From positions 104,747-168,746 of the forward strand of contig CANPVP010000002.1 of NCBI GenBank assembly GCA_947581825.1: a stretch of 64,000 bases of DNA. The letters run 5' to 3'. Origin of the DNA: an uncultured Clostridia bacterium (GTDB lineage: Bacteria > Bacillota > Clostridia > TANB77 > CAG-508). Numbering within the stretch: the stretch's first letter is position 1; each line of letters starts with the position of its first letter. The position numbers and the translations under genes are program-made. This document shows positions 36,848 through 47,717 of this stretch, piece after piece. The notes beneath the pieces were generated by a model. The model had not been told where the DNA came from and did no database searches. It saw only the letters and a program-made list of their open reading frames with translations.

Positions 36848-38389
36848 ATGGACACAGTTGTTATTATCGCCACATTTCTAATCTCAGCAGTGATTTTTAT
36901 CCCAATTGGTGTATTTCTTAGAAAAAAAATCGCTGAATCAAAAATAGAAAGTGCAGAAAATGAAGCCAAAAGACTAATTGAGCTTGCTAAAAAAGATGCT
37001 GAAAATAAAAAGAAAGAAGAGATTTTTAAAGCAAAAGAAGAAATTATGCAATCTAGAAATGAACTAGATCAAGAGATTAGAGAAAGAAGAGGCGAACTAA
37101 AAAAACAAGAAGACAGATTAATTCAAAAAGAAGAAAATTTAGATAAACGTTCAGAAAACTTTTTACAAAAAGAAAATGAAGTTGTTAAAAAACAAGAAGA
37201 ATTAGACCAAAAAGAAATTGAAATTGAAAAAATAAAAAATCAACAATTTGAAGAATTACAAAGAATATCTGGATTGACTCAAGAAGAAGCAAAAAAATAC
37301 TTATTAGGTGAAATTGAAAAAGAAATTGTAGCAGAAAAAGCAGCTTTAATAAGAGAATTAGAAAATAAGCATAAAGAAGAAGCAAACAAAAATGCAAAAG
37401 AGCTGTTAACATATGCAATTCAAAAATGTGCAGCAGATCATACTTCTGAAACAACGGTATCGATAGTTTCTCTTCCTAATGATGATATGAAAGGAAGAAT
37501 TATAGGTAGAGAAGGTAGAAATATTAAGGCTTTAGAAACTTTAACAGGTATAGATTTAATTATAGATGACACTCCAGAAGCTGTAATCTTATCTGGTTTT
37601 GATCCTCTAAGAAGAGAAGTAGCTAAAATAGCTTTAGAAAAATTAATTGAAGATGGAAGAATTCATCCAGCTAAAATTGAAGAAATGGTTGAAAAGGCAA
37701 AAGAAGAGGTAGAAGAAATTATCAAATCAGAAGGAGAAAGAGCAGTTTTAGAAACAGGTGTTATAGGATTAAATCCAGATTTAGTTAAGCTTATAGGAAA
37801 ACTAAAATATAGAACAAGTTATGGTCAAAATGTATTAAATCATTCTATAGAAGTTTCTAATTTAGCTAGAATAATGGCTGATGAACTAGGATTAGATTCC
37901 AAAAGAGCAAGAAGAGCAGGTCTATTACATGATATTGGAAAGGCTTTAGATCATGATATGGAAGGAACACATGTTGAAATTGGTGTTGACATATTAAAAA
38001 AATATAAAGAAAATCCTTTAGTGATTAATGCAGTTGAGGCACATCATGGAGATGTAGAACCTCAAACTTTAGAAGCAGTTTTAATTCAAGCCGCAGATGC
38101 AATATCAGCATCAAGACCAGGTGCAAGACGCGAAACATTAGAAACTTATATTAAAAGACTAGAACAATTAGAAGAAATAGCCGATTCTTTTGATGGAGTG
38201 GACAAATCATATGCAATTCAAGCAGGTAGGGAAGTTCGTATAATTGTAAAACCAGAAAAAGTGTCTGATGCACAAATGACTATAATGGCTAGAGATATTG
38301 CAAAAAGAATCGAAGCTGAGATGGAATATCCAGGTCAAATAAAAGTTAATATTATTAGAGAGTCTAGAACCGTAGAATATGCAAAATAA
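36848..38389 (+). CDS. rny: ribonuclease Y
   Basis: N-terminal TM, coiled coil, KH domain ([11 protein letters not shown]), HD domain (HSIEVS...LLHDIGK). Confidence 0.9.
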   Translation: MDTVVIIATFLISAVIFIPIGVFLRKKIAESKIESAENEAKRLIELAKKDAENKKKEEIFKAKEEIMQSRNELDQEIRERRGELKKQEDRLIQKEENLDKRSENFLQKENEVVKKQEELDQKEIEIEKIKNQQFEELQRISGLTQEEAKKYLLGEIEKEIVAEKAALIRELENKHKEEANKNAKELLTYAIQKCAADHTSETTVSIVSLPNDDMKGRIIGREGRNIKALETLTGIDLIIDDTPEAVILSGFDPLRREVAKIALEKLIEDGRIHPAKIEEMVEKAKEEVEEIIKSEGERAVLETGVIGLNPDLVKLIGKLKYRTSYGQNVLNHSIEVSNLARIMADELGLDSKRARRAGLLHDIGKALDHDMEGTHVEIGVDILKKYKENPLVINAVEAHHGDVEPQTLEAVLIQAADAISASRPGARRETLETYIKRLEQLEEIADSFDGVDKSYAIQAGREVRIIVKPEKVSDAQMTIMARDIAKRIEAEMEYPGQIKVNIIRESRTVEYAK

Positions 38390-38398
38390 AAAAAATAT

Positions 38399-38430
38399 AC
38401 TCCCAGCAAGCAATGTTGGGAGTTTTTTTG
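38399..38430 (+). terminator. rho-independent terminator after rny (actccca-loop-tgggagt-TTTTTTT)
   Basis: 7-bp stem plus 7 T. Confidence 0.65.
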
Positions 38431-38663
38431 TCGATTTTTGGCATATGATTTTTCTTGACAAATTATTAAAATCAATATATAAAGTAATACATAAAATTTT
38501 TTATACTATTTTTTATTTCGAAATAAATTTAATTCTAAAAAATTAATTTCAAAAATAATTTCCAATAATTAATTAAACAAGAAAAGAAGAGTGGTGAGAT
38601 AATTATGCTAAAAAAGTAGAAGAACAAACTAAAGATAAATTCAAAAATGAAGCAAAAGATAAT

Positions 38664-39314
38664 ATGGTAAAAATAACCTTAATAATTATAATCTGGGCTT
38701 TAGCGGGTATACTTATTGTTCAAAATGTTTCATATACAAAAATTATATCTGGAATTAAAAATTCTCAGGGAAGTAATTTAATAGAAAATATTAATAGCAA
38801 AGATAAAAATGAAAAAACAAAAAATAATGAAAATACATTTATCCAAAACAATATTAATACTAAGAAAAATAATAATACTAAAAAGAACAATAATACAAAT
38901 AAACCAAAAGAAACAAAAAGATTTGTAGCAAAAGTTATTGGTACATTATCTATTCCAGATATTGAAATAAATGAAAAAAATATATATGAAGGAACAGAAT
39001 TAGATATTTTAAATATAGGAATAGGACATTTTACTAATACGAGTATTTGCAATGGAAATGTGGGCTTAGCTAGCCATAATTCTGGTGGAAAGGGTGATGA
39101 GTTTAAAAATTTAAAAAATATAAAAGTTGGAAGTGAAATATATTATAAAACAAAATACGATTCTAAAACTTATTCGGTCGAAATAGTTAAAGAGATTTCA
39201 GATGAGGATTGGTCATATTTGTCAGAAACTAAGGATAATAGGATTACTTTACTAACATGCATATCTGGAAAACCCAATAGCAGATTATGTGTTCAAGGAA
39301 AAGAAAAAACATAA
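38664..39314 (+). CDS. sortase (class B-like transpeptidase)
   Basis: N-terminal TM, His in GLASH, catalytic TLLTC and downstream Arg (SRL). 216 aa. Weak ribosome binding site. Confidence 0.7.
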   Translation: MVKITLIIIIWALAGILIVQNVSYTKIISGIKNSQGSNLIENINSKDKNEKTKNNENTFIQNNINTKKNNNTKKNNNTNKPKETKRFVAKVIGTLSIPDIEINEKNIYEGTELDILNIGIGHFTNTSICNGNVGLASHNSGGKGDEFKNLKNIKVGSEIYYKTKYDSKTYSVEIVKEISDEDWSYLSETKDNRITLLTCISGKPNSRLCVQGKEKT

Positions 39315-39388
39315 AGAACGAATGAAAAGGTATACTAACAATAATTGTTAGTAAGAAACAGTATAAAATACAAATAGGAGATGTAAAA

Positions 39389-41536
39389 ATGAAAGTTAGA
39401 TTTAAAAAAATACTAATAATGTTAATGATATTAGTTAATATCATTCAAATTAATATATGTTCTTTTGCAGAACTAGAAAAAAATCAGAAAATTAAATTAA
39501 AAAGTAATGGTATGCTAGATTGTTTATTGCAATTTTATAAAGAATCAATATCAGACTGGAGTTATAAAGTAGGGTACTATATATACTACTCAGATGAAGA
39601 TAATGGAAAGAAAGTTCCAGCAATTTGCGTAGAACCATCTAAGGATGGAGTGGGTGAACTAGGAAGCTATGATACAACTATAGATGTGTGCAATGATAAT
39701 GGTATATATACAATATTATATATTTTCAATAATAAGAAATATACTTCATGGAACTTGAAAAATGAAAAAGATTACTACTTAGCAGTTCAAACAGCAATGC
39801 ATTGCTATTCTGAGAAAATAAGCCCCAAAAAGAAATATCGAGTTGGAGATAGGGTTTTGGAAGGATATACACCAAAGACTTTAGAAGAAATAAAATCAAG
39901 AGGAAAAGCTGTTTTAAATACAGCAGAGAGTTTATATAATTCAGCAATAAAAAAAGAATATAAACAAGATTATTTATCCATTGATTTAAAAGAAAAAAGT
40001 GATTGGATAGAAGAAAAAATAAATGGAAAAGCATATTATTCTAAAAAATATGAAGTAGAATCAAACGTAAAATTAGATTATTATAAAATAGATGTTTCAG
40101 AATTATGGAATAATGCTAAAATATTTGATATGAAAAATAATAATATCAAAGAAAAATCAAAAGTTACAAATAATGAATTTAAAGTTTCTATTGAAAAGAG
40201 TGAGATTTCAACTCCTAAAACAATAAAAGGTAGAATAAAAATAGAATCTGCTACAGCAAAATTACCAACGGCAGTGTATGCTAATAGTAACAAAGGAAAC
40301 ACGCAAAATTATGTAATATTTACAGATAAAACTCAACAGGTAACAAAAGTAAAGACAACTGGTTTTACAACAGTAAACAATAAAATTAAAATACATAAAT
40401 TAGATTCTAATACAAAAGTTCCATTAGAAGGTGTAGACTTTAAAATATATAGTAAACAAAAAGATAGTAATGGTAAATATATTTTAAATGAAGACACATA
40501 TATATTAACAACTGACAAGAGTAATTTAAAAGGAGAAATCTCTCTCAATATAGAAAAAGCTGGAGATTATGTAGCTATAGAAAATACAGCTCCAACAGGA
40601 TATGTTTTATCAGATAAAACATATGAGTTTTCAGTTGATGTAGGCATTGCACCAAAAGATATAAAAATAAATATAGAAAATGATTTAATAAAAGGAAAAA
40701 TTGAAATACTAAAAAAATCAAAAGGATATAATCAGTTTTTAAATATAGAAGATGGAAAACCTTTAGAAGGTGCAAAGTATAAAATAGAGGATGCTAATGG
40801 AAATCTAATAGGAACATATACTACAAATTCAGAAGGCTTAATACTATCAAAAGATTTACCATATGGAGAATACAAAATATATGAGATAGAAAGTCCAAAA
40901 TTCTATAATCTTAATACTGAGCCTCAAACAATATTTATAAATGAAAATCAGAAAAAATACACAGTTATCTTTGAAAACGAATCATCTGAAGTTGAACTAA
41001 AAATTGAAAAATCAGGAACAAAAGAGACCGAATCAGGAAAAAAGGTAGAGTATGAATTTGATAATTTAGAAAACAAATCAAATGTTGCAGTTAATAATTT
41101 TACATGGAAAGATGTACTTCCAACTGATGCTGTTAGAATTAATGAGATTTCAACAGGAACATGGAAAGATGAAGTCGAATATTCAATTTGGTATAAAACA
41201 AATTTAAATAATAAATATGTCCTTTATAAAGATAAATTAAATTCAAAGAATAATTATAATTTTAATATGAATGAAATAAAATTATCAAAGAATGAATATA
41301 TTACAGAATATGAATTTAGATTTGGAACAGTTAATCCAGGATTCAAAGAAGAAATTAATCCTAAAATTTATTGTCAGGTATTAAAAGGTTTGAAAAGTGG
41401 GTATGAATTTACAAACAATACATATTTAACTGCAACATATTTTGACGAAAAAATTGAAGAACATGATAAATGGAAAACGTTTGTATATAATAAAGAAACT
41501 CCACAAAAGAATAAATTGCCTAAAACAGGAATATAA
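39389..41536 (+). CDS. secreted pilin/adhesin-like protein with two SpaA/Cna-B-type isopeptide domains, ending ...NKLPKTGI* (LPxTG without membrane anchor)
   Basis: Signal peptide. Prealbumin-fold repeats (VDFKIY...IENTAPTGYVLSDKTYEF; GAKYKIED...YGEYKIYEIESPKFYN). LPKTG is the penultimate motif, followed by one residue and a stop. No hydrophobic tail in any frame downstream. Confidence 0.7.
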   Translation: MKVRFKKILIMLMILVNIIQINICSFAELEKNQKIKLKSNGMLDCLLQFYKESISDWSYKVGYYIYYSDEDNGKKVPAICVEPSKDGVGELGSYDTTIDVCNDNGIYTILYIFNNKKYTSWNLKNEKDYYLAVQTAMHCYSEKISPKKKYRVGDRVLEGYTPKTLEEIKSRGKAVLNTAESLYNSAIKKEYKQDYLSIDLKEKSDWIEEKINGKAYYSKKYEVESNVKLDYYKIDVSELWNNAKIFDMKNNNIKEKSKVTNNEFKVSIEKSEISTPKTIKGRIKIESATAKLPTAVYANSNKGNTQNYVIFTDKTQQVTKVKTTGFTTVNNKIKIHKLDSNTKVPLEGVDFKIYSKQKDSNGKYILNEDTYILTTDKSNLKGEISLNIEKAGDYVAIENTAPTGYVLSDKTYEFSVDVGIAPKDIKINIENDLIKGKIEILKKSKGYNQFLNIEDGKPLEGAKYKIEDANGNLIGTYTTNSEGLILSKDLPYGEYKIYEIESPKFYNLNTEPQTIFINENQKKYTVIFENESSEVELKIEKSGTKETESGKKVEYEFDNLENKSNVAVNNFTWKDVLPTDAVRINEISTGTWKDEVEYSIWYKTNLNNKYVLYKDKLNSKNNYNFNMNEIKLSKNEYITEYEFRFGTVNPGFKEEINPKIYCQVLKGLKSGYEFTNNTYLTATYFDEKIEEHDKWKTFVYNKETPQKNKLPKTGI

Positions 41537-41586
41537 TAGTCATTAAAAAAAAGCAGATAAATTTTATAAAATCGTACTGAAAATAT

Positions 41587-41615
41587 TTGACTTTTTCATA
41601 CTTTTAATAGATAAT
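41587..41615 (+). promoter_or_regulatory. sigma-A promoter TTGACT-N17-GATAAT for the phosphorylase gene
   Basis: Spacing and boxes fit. About 60 nt upstream of the start. Confidence 0.45.
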
Positions 41616-41675
41616 AAAGTAGTGAAAAAATATACGTGAAGATAAAATTTTTAAGTTACATAGGAGGAAATATAT

Positions 41676-44249
41676 ATGTACGTTTTTAATAAAATAACTG
41701 TTAATCCACAGTTACCTAAAAAAATTAATCGTCTTACAGAAATTTCTAATAATGTTTGGTGGTCTTGGAATTCTGATTTCTTAAAATTATTTAAAAAAAT
41801 TGATGTAGATTTATGGGAAACTACAGATAAGAATCCAGTTAAGTTTTTAAAATCTGTTTCACAAGATAAATTAGAAGAAGCAGCACAGAATGCAGAGTTT
41901 GTTAAAGAATATGAAAATATTGTAAAAAACTTTGATGACTATATGAATAGTAAAAATACTTGGTTTTCTAAAAATTATCCTAATAATAAAAATGATTTAA
42001 TTGCATATTTTTCAGCTGAATATGGTCTGGATGAGATTATTCCAATTTATTCTGGAGGACTAGGTATTTTATCAGGAGATCATTTAAAATCTGCTAGTGA
42101 TTTAGGTCTTCCTTTTGTAGCAGTAGGTTTATTATATAAACATGGATATTTTAACCAGAGAATAAATAGTAATGGAGAACAGTATACTGAATATAAAAAT
42201 ATAGATTTGGATAACTTACCAATTTTACCTGTTAAGGATAGAACTGGTGCAGATCTAATAATTCATATTAAATTACCAAAAAGAAGATTATTCCTAAAAG
42301 TTTGGCAGATAAATGTAGGAAGAATAAAACTATATTTATTAGATTCAGATATACCAGAAAATATAGATCCAGAATATAGAGAAACAACTTTAAAACTTTA
42401 TGGTGGAGATCAAGATATGAGAATAAGACAAGAGATTGTACTAGGAATGGCAGGTACAAGACTTTTAAAAGTTTTAGGCTTAAATGTTTCTTTATATCAT
42501 ATGAACGAAGGACATTCATCTTTCTTAATATTAGAAACAATTAAAGATATTATCGTTGATAAAAAAGTTTCTTTTGATATAGCTAGAGATATAGTATCAT
42601 CTAAAACTGTATTTACAACACATACTCCAGTTCCAGCAGGTAATGATATTTTCCCAATTGATTTAGTTGAAAAATATTTTAAAGATTATTGGCCAAAATT
42701 AGGAATTGAAAGAGATGAGTTTTTAAGACTTGGAATGAAATGTACAAAAGGCTTAGAAAGTGGATTTAATATGGGAATTCTTGCTTTAAAAGTTGCAGGC
42801 AAAAAGAATGGAGTAAGTAGATTACATGGAGCCGTTTCAAGAGAATTGTTTGGAGATGTGTGGCCAAATATAGCAGCAGATGAATCCCCAATAACATATG
42901 TAACAAATGGTATACACACATGTTCATGGTTGCCAACAGATATGAAAGAATTATATAATAAATATTTAAACCCATATTGGCAAGATAGTATCCATTTAGA
43001 TTCAACATGGGAGAAAATAGACAATATTCCTGATCAAGAATTATGGGAAGAACATAATAAGAGAAAACAAAAACTTATGGCTTTAGTAAAAGATAATGTG
43101 ACAACAAGATTGAGAAATTCAGGAGTAGGATATGATGAAATTAATGAAATAACTTCTAAATTAAACCCAAATGCATTAACAATAGGATTTGCTAGAAGAT
43201 TTGCAACATACAAAAGAGCAACTCTTATATTTAGGGATTTAGAAAGAATAATGCAAATATTAAATAATCAGGAGAGACCTGTTCAATTGATTTTTGCAGG
43301 AAAAGCACATCCAGCCGATGTTGAAGGTCAAAATCTAATAAAATACATTAATGAAATATCAAATATGCCACAATTTAAAGGTAAAATATTTATATTAGAA
43401 AATTACAATATAGCAATAGCTAGATACCTTGTAAGTGGAGTTGATGTATGGTTAAATACGCCAAGAAGACCAATGGAAGCTTCAGGAACAAGTGGACAAA
43501 AAGCATCTGTAAATGGTGTTATAAACTTTAGTATACTAGATGGATGGTGGGCAGAAGGTTATAATCAAGAAAATGGTTGGACTATAGGAACTAATGCTGA
43601 GTATGATTCTTATGAATTACAAGATATTGCAGATAGTGAAAGTATTTATACAACATTAGAACACAAAATAGTACCAGATTATTATGAGAGAGACAAAAAA
43701 GGTTTGCCAATAAAATGGATTAAAAGAATGAAAAATTCTATTAAATCTACAGGAGGAAGATTTAGTACTGCTAGAATGGTTGTAGATTATGTTAGAGACT
43801 TATATATGCCACTATGTGAATTAAGTAAAAAATACTATTCAGATTTAGAAAATGTCATGGAATTTAATCATTGGAAAAAAGAATTAGGACTTTCATGGGA
43901 TAAAATAAAAATTGAACAAGGTGACAATTTAGAAAATATAACTTTAGATGCAGGAAATAAAATAGGAGTTTCTTGCGAAATTGAATTGCCAAATATAGAT
44001 GTAAAAAATATAGAAGCACAAGTTTATTATGGAAAAATATTAGATAATGGTGTAGTAAGACTAGAAAAAACAATTCCAATGGAATTAGATGTTAATGCCA
44101 GTGATAAAGAAAATAGGAAATATAAATATAAGGCAGATGTTGAATTAACAACAGGTGGAAATTACGGATATACATTTAGAGTAATGCCAAAACATGATAT
44201 GCTACTAGAATCATCTAACTTGAATCTAATAAAATGGATAACACAATAG
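41676..44249 (+). CDS. glgP: alpha-glucan (glycogen/maltodextrin) phosphorylase, GT35, with C-terminal extension
   Basis: PLP-lysine region EASGTSGQKASVNGVINFSILDGWW. 857 aa. Confidence 0.85.
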   Translation: MYVFNKITVNPQLPKKINRLTEISNNVWWSWNSDFLKLFKKIDVDLWETTDKNPVKFLKSVSQDKLEEAAQNAEFVKEYENIVKNFDDYMNSKNTWFSKNYPNNKNDLIAYFSAEYGLDEIIPIYSGGLGILSGDHLKSASDLGLPFVAVGLLYKHGYFNQRINSNGEQYTEYKNIDLDNLPILPVKDRTGADLIIHIKLPKRRLFLKVWQINVGRIKLYLLDSDIPENIDPEYRETTLKLYGGDQDMRIRQEIVLGMAGTRLLKVLGLNVSLYHMNEGHSSFLILETIKDIIVDKKVSFDIARDIVSSKTVFTTHTPVPAGNDIFPIDLVEKYFKDYWPKLGIERDEFLRLGMKCTKGLESGFNMGILALKVAGKKNGVSRLHGAVSRELFGDVWPNIAADESPITYVTNGIHTCSWLPTDMKELYNKYLNPYWQDSIHLDSTWEKIDNIPDQELWEEHNKRKQKLMALVKDNVTTRLRNSGVGYDEINEITSKLNPNALTIGFARRFATYKRATLIFRDLERIMQILNNQERPVQLIFAGKAHPADVEGQNLIKYINEISNMPQFKGKIFILENYNIAIARYLVSGVDVWLNTPRRPMEASGTSGQKASVNGVINFSILDGWWAEGYNQENGWTIGTNAEYDSYELQDIADSESIYTTLEHKIVPDYYERDKKGLPIKWIKRMKNSIKSTGGRFSTARMVVDYVRDLYMPLCELSKKYYSDLENVMEFNHWKKELGLSWDKIKIEQGDNLENITLDAGNKIGVSCEIELPNIDVKNIEAQVYYGKILDNGVVRLEKTIPMELDVNASDKENRKYKYKADVELTTGGNYGYTFRVMPKHDMLLESSNLNLIKWITQ

Positions 44250-44250
44250 A

Positions 44251-44280
44251 AAAAAGCGGGATTCATTCCGCTTTTTTTTA
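44251..44280 (+). terminator. rho-independent terminator after glgP (agcggg-attcatt-ccgc-TTTTTTTT)
   Basis: GC stem plus 8 T. Confidence 0.6.
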
Positions 44281-44406
44281 TATTGTAGGAAAATTCTCCT
44301 AGTAGGAGAATTTTCTGTACAAGATAATTATAGCGGAACTTAGATTTTCTTAGAATTTGCATTTGTTAGAAAATCTTAGTTCCGATTTTTTATATTGTAG
44401 GAAAAT
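44272..44406 (+). repeat. tandem repeat of a 'T-run + ATATTGTAGGAAAAT' 21-mer, each copy adjoining a perfect palindrome (13-bp arms gaaaattctccta/taggagaattttc; 16-bp arms ggaacttagattttct/agaaaatcttagttcc)
   Basis: TTTTTTATATTGTAGGAAAAT occurs at 44273 and 44383. Hairpins at 44291..44316 and 44334..44382. Intergenic glgP/CAP-protein region. Confidence 0.5.
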
Positions 44407-44534
44407 GAAATATTTGACATTATTGATACTTATGATAAAATGAATATGTAAGTAACTTATAATAAATGAATAAAAACATAAATTAGTGACTAATATAATT
44501 ATAAAAATTAAAAAAGGAATTTTAGGGGGTAAAA

Positions 44535-45797
44535 ATGGCTAAAGAAGAAAATGTAAAAGAAGAAAAGGTAGAAGAAGTGAAAGTAGAGAAGGGTAATAAT
44601 AAAGCTTTGATAATAGTAGGGTTTCTGATTTTGATTTTAGCTATCATTATAGTTAGTACAATCCTAATATGTGGTAATAACAAGGATATAGAACAGAAAA
44701 ATAATAAAGAAGAAAATGAAATCAAGCAATCACAAGAAAAAGCTTTAATAGAATTTGAAGAAAATTTTACTATTGGAAAAGAAATGTCATATAATGAGTT
44801 AATTTCTAAATTAGTAAATACTAATCAAATTAAAGAAAACACGAAAATAACTCTTAAAGTTAATGATAAAGAAATAACAGAAGATGAAAAATATGTATTC
44901 AATGAAATAGGCAAATATAAAGTTGATGTTAAATTAGAATATAAAAAAGAAGAATCAGTAATCATAAATGAGAAAAGTTCTGAGATTAATATAATGGCAG
45001 ATAGAGAAAAACCCGTTATATCTGGAATTTCAGATAAAACAATTACTGTTGGAGATAAAATTGATTTAAAGGCTGGAATTACAGCAGAAGATAGTGTGGA
45101 CGGAAAACTAGATGTAACCATTGAAGGCAAAGTTGATAATAAAAAAGCAGGTAAGTATGATATAAAAGTAATTGCAACTGATAAAAGTGGCAATAAGCAA
45201 GAAGAAACTTTTACTGTTACAGTAAAAGAAAAGAAAAAAAATGAAACTGCCAATAAAACAACAAATACGACAGCAACAAACAAAACAACAAATACCAACA
45301 AAACTAATACAAACAAAAATACAACAACTAAAACAACGAAAAAGAAAGAACAAACTAAAAAAACATTTACAACATCAGAATTAATTGCAGCAGGGAAAAG
45401 TGCGAAAAGTAGTTATAGAACACAGATAAATGCAGTTTTCAGTTATACTAATAAATACAGAGAAAAAGCTGGAGTTGAAAAATTAAAATTAGATGAAACC
45501 TTATCTACAGCAGCTTGCATGAGAGCTGTAGAAATGGCATACTCAGGTAATTTTTCACATACAAGACCAGATGGGAAAGGTAACTGTTTTACTGTTTTAA
45601 GTGAAGTAGGTGCAAATTATGGCTATGTAGGTGAAAACATAGCAATGGGACAGGCAAGTGCTAAAGCTGCAACAGAATGGTGGAGAAATTCATCAGGACA
45701 TTATCAAAATATGATTTCATCAAATTTTAAAAAGATTGGAGTAGGAGCTTTTAAATATAATGGAAAATACTATTGGGTTCAAATATTTACAGATTAA
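44535..45797 (+). CDS. membrane-anchored CAP/SCP (YkwD-like) domain protein with Ig-like (DUF5011-type) domain and Thr/Asn-rich linker
   Basis: N-terminal TM. Ig-like REKPVISGISDKTITVGDKIDL...KYDIKVIATDKSGN. Linker NKTTNTTATNKTTNTNKTNTNK. C-terminal CAP motifs (HTRPDGKG, GENIAMG, GHYQNMIS). Confidence 0.7.
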   Translation: MAKEENVKEEKVEEVKVEKGNNKALIIVGFLILILAIIIVSTILICGNNKDIEQKNNKEENEIKQSQEKALIEFEENFTIGKEMSYNELISKLVNTNQIKENTKITLKVNDKEITEDEKYVFNEIGKYKVDVKLEYKKEESVIINEKSSEINIMADREKPVISGISDKTITVGDKIDLKAGITAEDSVDGKLDVTIEGKVDNKKAGKYDIKVIATDKSGNKQEETFTVTVKEKKKNETANKTTNTTATNKTTNTNKTNTNKNTTTKTTKKKEQTKKTFTTSELIAAGKSAKSSYRTQINAVFSYTNKYREKAGVEKLKLDETLSTAACMRAVEMAYSGNFSHTRPDGKGNCFTVLSEVGANYGYVGENIAMGQASAKAATEWWRNSSGHYQNMISSNFKKIGVGAFKYNGKYYWVQIFTD

Positions 45798-45818
45798 GAA
45801 ATAAAATAAGTAATTATA

Positions 45819-45851
45819 AAGATGTGCATTATTTCATATGCACATCTTTTA
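45819..45851. terminator. bidirectional terminator (agatgtgcat-tatttcat-atgcacatct-TTT)
   Basis: Perfect 10-bp stem between the convergent 44535 (+) and asnB (-) genes. Confidence 0.6.
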
Positions 45852-45869
45852 TGTTAATATTATACGAAT

Positions 45870-47717
45870 TTATAGTTCAATTTGAGGTTGATACTTTTCA
45901 AGCCACATATTTACTTGACAAATGTAAGCCATAAGTTGAGGACCAGTCATTAGTTGCCCAAACCAAGGTCTAGAAAATGCTGTACCTTCAGTTTCTAAAA
46001 TTTCTTTTATATAGTTTTTATTAAGCAAATCATAGATAGGTGCATTTGGATTTTCTATAATTTTATTAAGTTTGTATTTTACAACTTTTAAGTAAGTTGG
46101 ATTATGTGTTTTGGGGTAAGGACTTTTTTTCCTTTCAACAATTTCTTGAGGCAATAGCTCTTTTACTATATAACGAAGTAATCCCTTTTCACGCCCATTT
46201 AATGCTTTAATTTCCCATGGAATGTTCCATAAATATTGTACTAACCTATAATCACAAAATGGAACTCTTAATTCTAAGCCATTATACATAGACATCCTAT
46301 CTGAACGATCTAAAAGAGTTTGCATAAACCAATTCATTGTTAAATATGAGATTTTTCTTTTCTCAGCAGTATCTGTGGAATCCGAATCTAATATTACAAC
46401 ATGAGAAAGACTTTCTTTATATTGATAATCAATATAATCTTTTAAATTAACTTGCTTTGAGATTTCAGGATTTAATAGTCTTTGCCTTTCAGAGAGTGCA
46501 ATAGACCATGGAAAAGTATTGCTATTTAAAGCATCTTCACGGAAAAACCATGGATAGCCTGCAAAAATTTCATCAGAACATTCTCCAGATAAAGCAACAG
46601 TAGCTCCTTTTCTTATATTTTTACAGAATAATAGCATAGATGAATCAATATCGGCCATACCAGGATAATCTCTAGCAATCATTGAAGCTTCCAAATATTC
46701 TGCCAATTCTGGAGTATCAATAACAATTTGGTGATGATTTGTATTAAATTCATTTTTCATTATATCAATATAATAATTATCTGAATTTGGTTGAAAATCA
46801 CTTTTTACAAAATTTTTATCATTATCTATATAATCAACTGAATAAGTTTCTAATGGTTGTAATCCTTTAGAAGAATAATAATTACTTGCATATGCTGTTA
46901 TAATACTTGAATCTAACCCACCAGACAACATTGAGCATAGAGGAACATCTGATACTAATTGTCTTTTTATACTATCTTCTAACAAATATTGAACAGTTTC
47001 ACAAGTAGTATTAAAGTCATCTGTATGAGGGGTGCTTTCAAGTTTCCAATACTGTTCTAAATGAATACCATATTTGTTAAATAAAAGGAAATGAGCAGGT
47101 TTTAATTCTTTAATGTTTTTAAAAATGCCATTACCAGGAGTGTGAGCAGGGCCAAGACCAAACAATTCACAAATGCTAGATGAATCTAGCGATATTTTTA
47201 TTTTAGGATGTTTGAATAATGCTTTTACTTCAGAGGCAAAAATTAAAGTATTATCTACTATAGTATAGTATAAGGGTTTTATTCCAAAATGATCACGAAC
47301 CAAGCATAGTTCTTGCTTTTCTTCATTCCATATAGCAAAACTAAAGATACCATTTAATTTATGTAGAACTTCAGTACCATAACAAATAAAACTTTTTAAT
47401 AAAACTTCTGTATCACAATAACCTGTAAAGTCAAAGCCTTTTTCAATTAATTCTTGTCTTAATTCTTTGGCATTATATAATTGACCATTATATACTATAG
47501 TATAGTTATTATTAAAGTAAGAAGCTTTCATCGGTTGTTTTCCATTTTCAGCGTCAATAATTATAAGTCGTCTATGACCAAAGCCAATATGTTCATGTAC
47601 ATAAAAACCTTCTTCGTCAGGACCTCGTTTTTGTAAACAATTATTCATATTTTTTAATATATGAATATCATTTGATATATTTTCTTTTAAATTAGAAAAA
47701 CCAACAAATCCACACAT
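45870..47717 (-). CDS. asnB: asparagine synthase (glutamine-hydrolysing), AsnB family
   Basis: N-terminal nucleophile MCGFVGF, GATase-2 domain, PP-loop LSGGLDSS. 615 aa. Confidence 0.9.
   Translation of the reverse strand: MCGFVGFSNLKENISNDIHILKNMNNCLQKRGPDEEGFYVHEHIGFGHRRLIIIDAENGKQPMKASYFNNNYTIVYNGQLYNAKELRQELIEKGFDFTGYCDTEVLLKSFICYGTEVLHKLNGIFSFAIWNEEKQELCLVRDHFGIKPLYYTIVDNTLIFASEVKALFKHPKIKISLDSSSICELFGLGPAHTPGNGIFKNIKELKPAHFLLFNKYGIHLEQYWKLESTPHTDDFNTTCETVQYLLEDSIKRQLVSDVPLCSMLSGGLDSSIITAYASNYYSSKGLQPLETYSVDYIDNDKNFVKSDFQPNSDNYYIDIMKNEFNTNHHQIVIDTPELAEYLEASMIARDYPGMADIDSSMLLFCKNIRKGATVALSGECSDEIFAGYPWFFREDALNSNTFPWSIALSERQRLLNPEISKQVNLKDYIDYQYKESLSHVVILDSDSTDTAEKRKISYLTMNWFMQTLLDRSDRMSMYNGLELRVPFCDYRLVQYLWNIPWEIKALNGREKGLLRYIVKELLPQEIVERKKSPYPKTHNPTYLKVVKYKLNKIIENPNAPIYDLLNKNYIKEILETEGTAFSRPWFGQLMTGPQLMAYICQVNMWLEKYQPQIEL

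Noticed and set aside
38590-38663. Possible upstream start or leader mini-ORF (GGTGAG-ATG-CTA-AAA-AAG-TAG) for the sortase
   Set aside because: The in-frame extension lacks any start codon before ATG 38664. The 4-codon mini-ORF is too short to evaluate.
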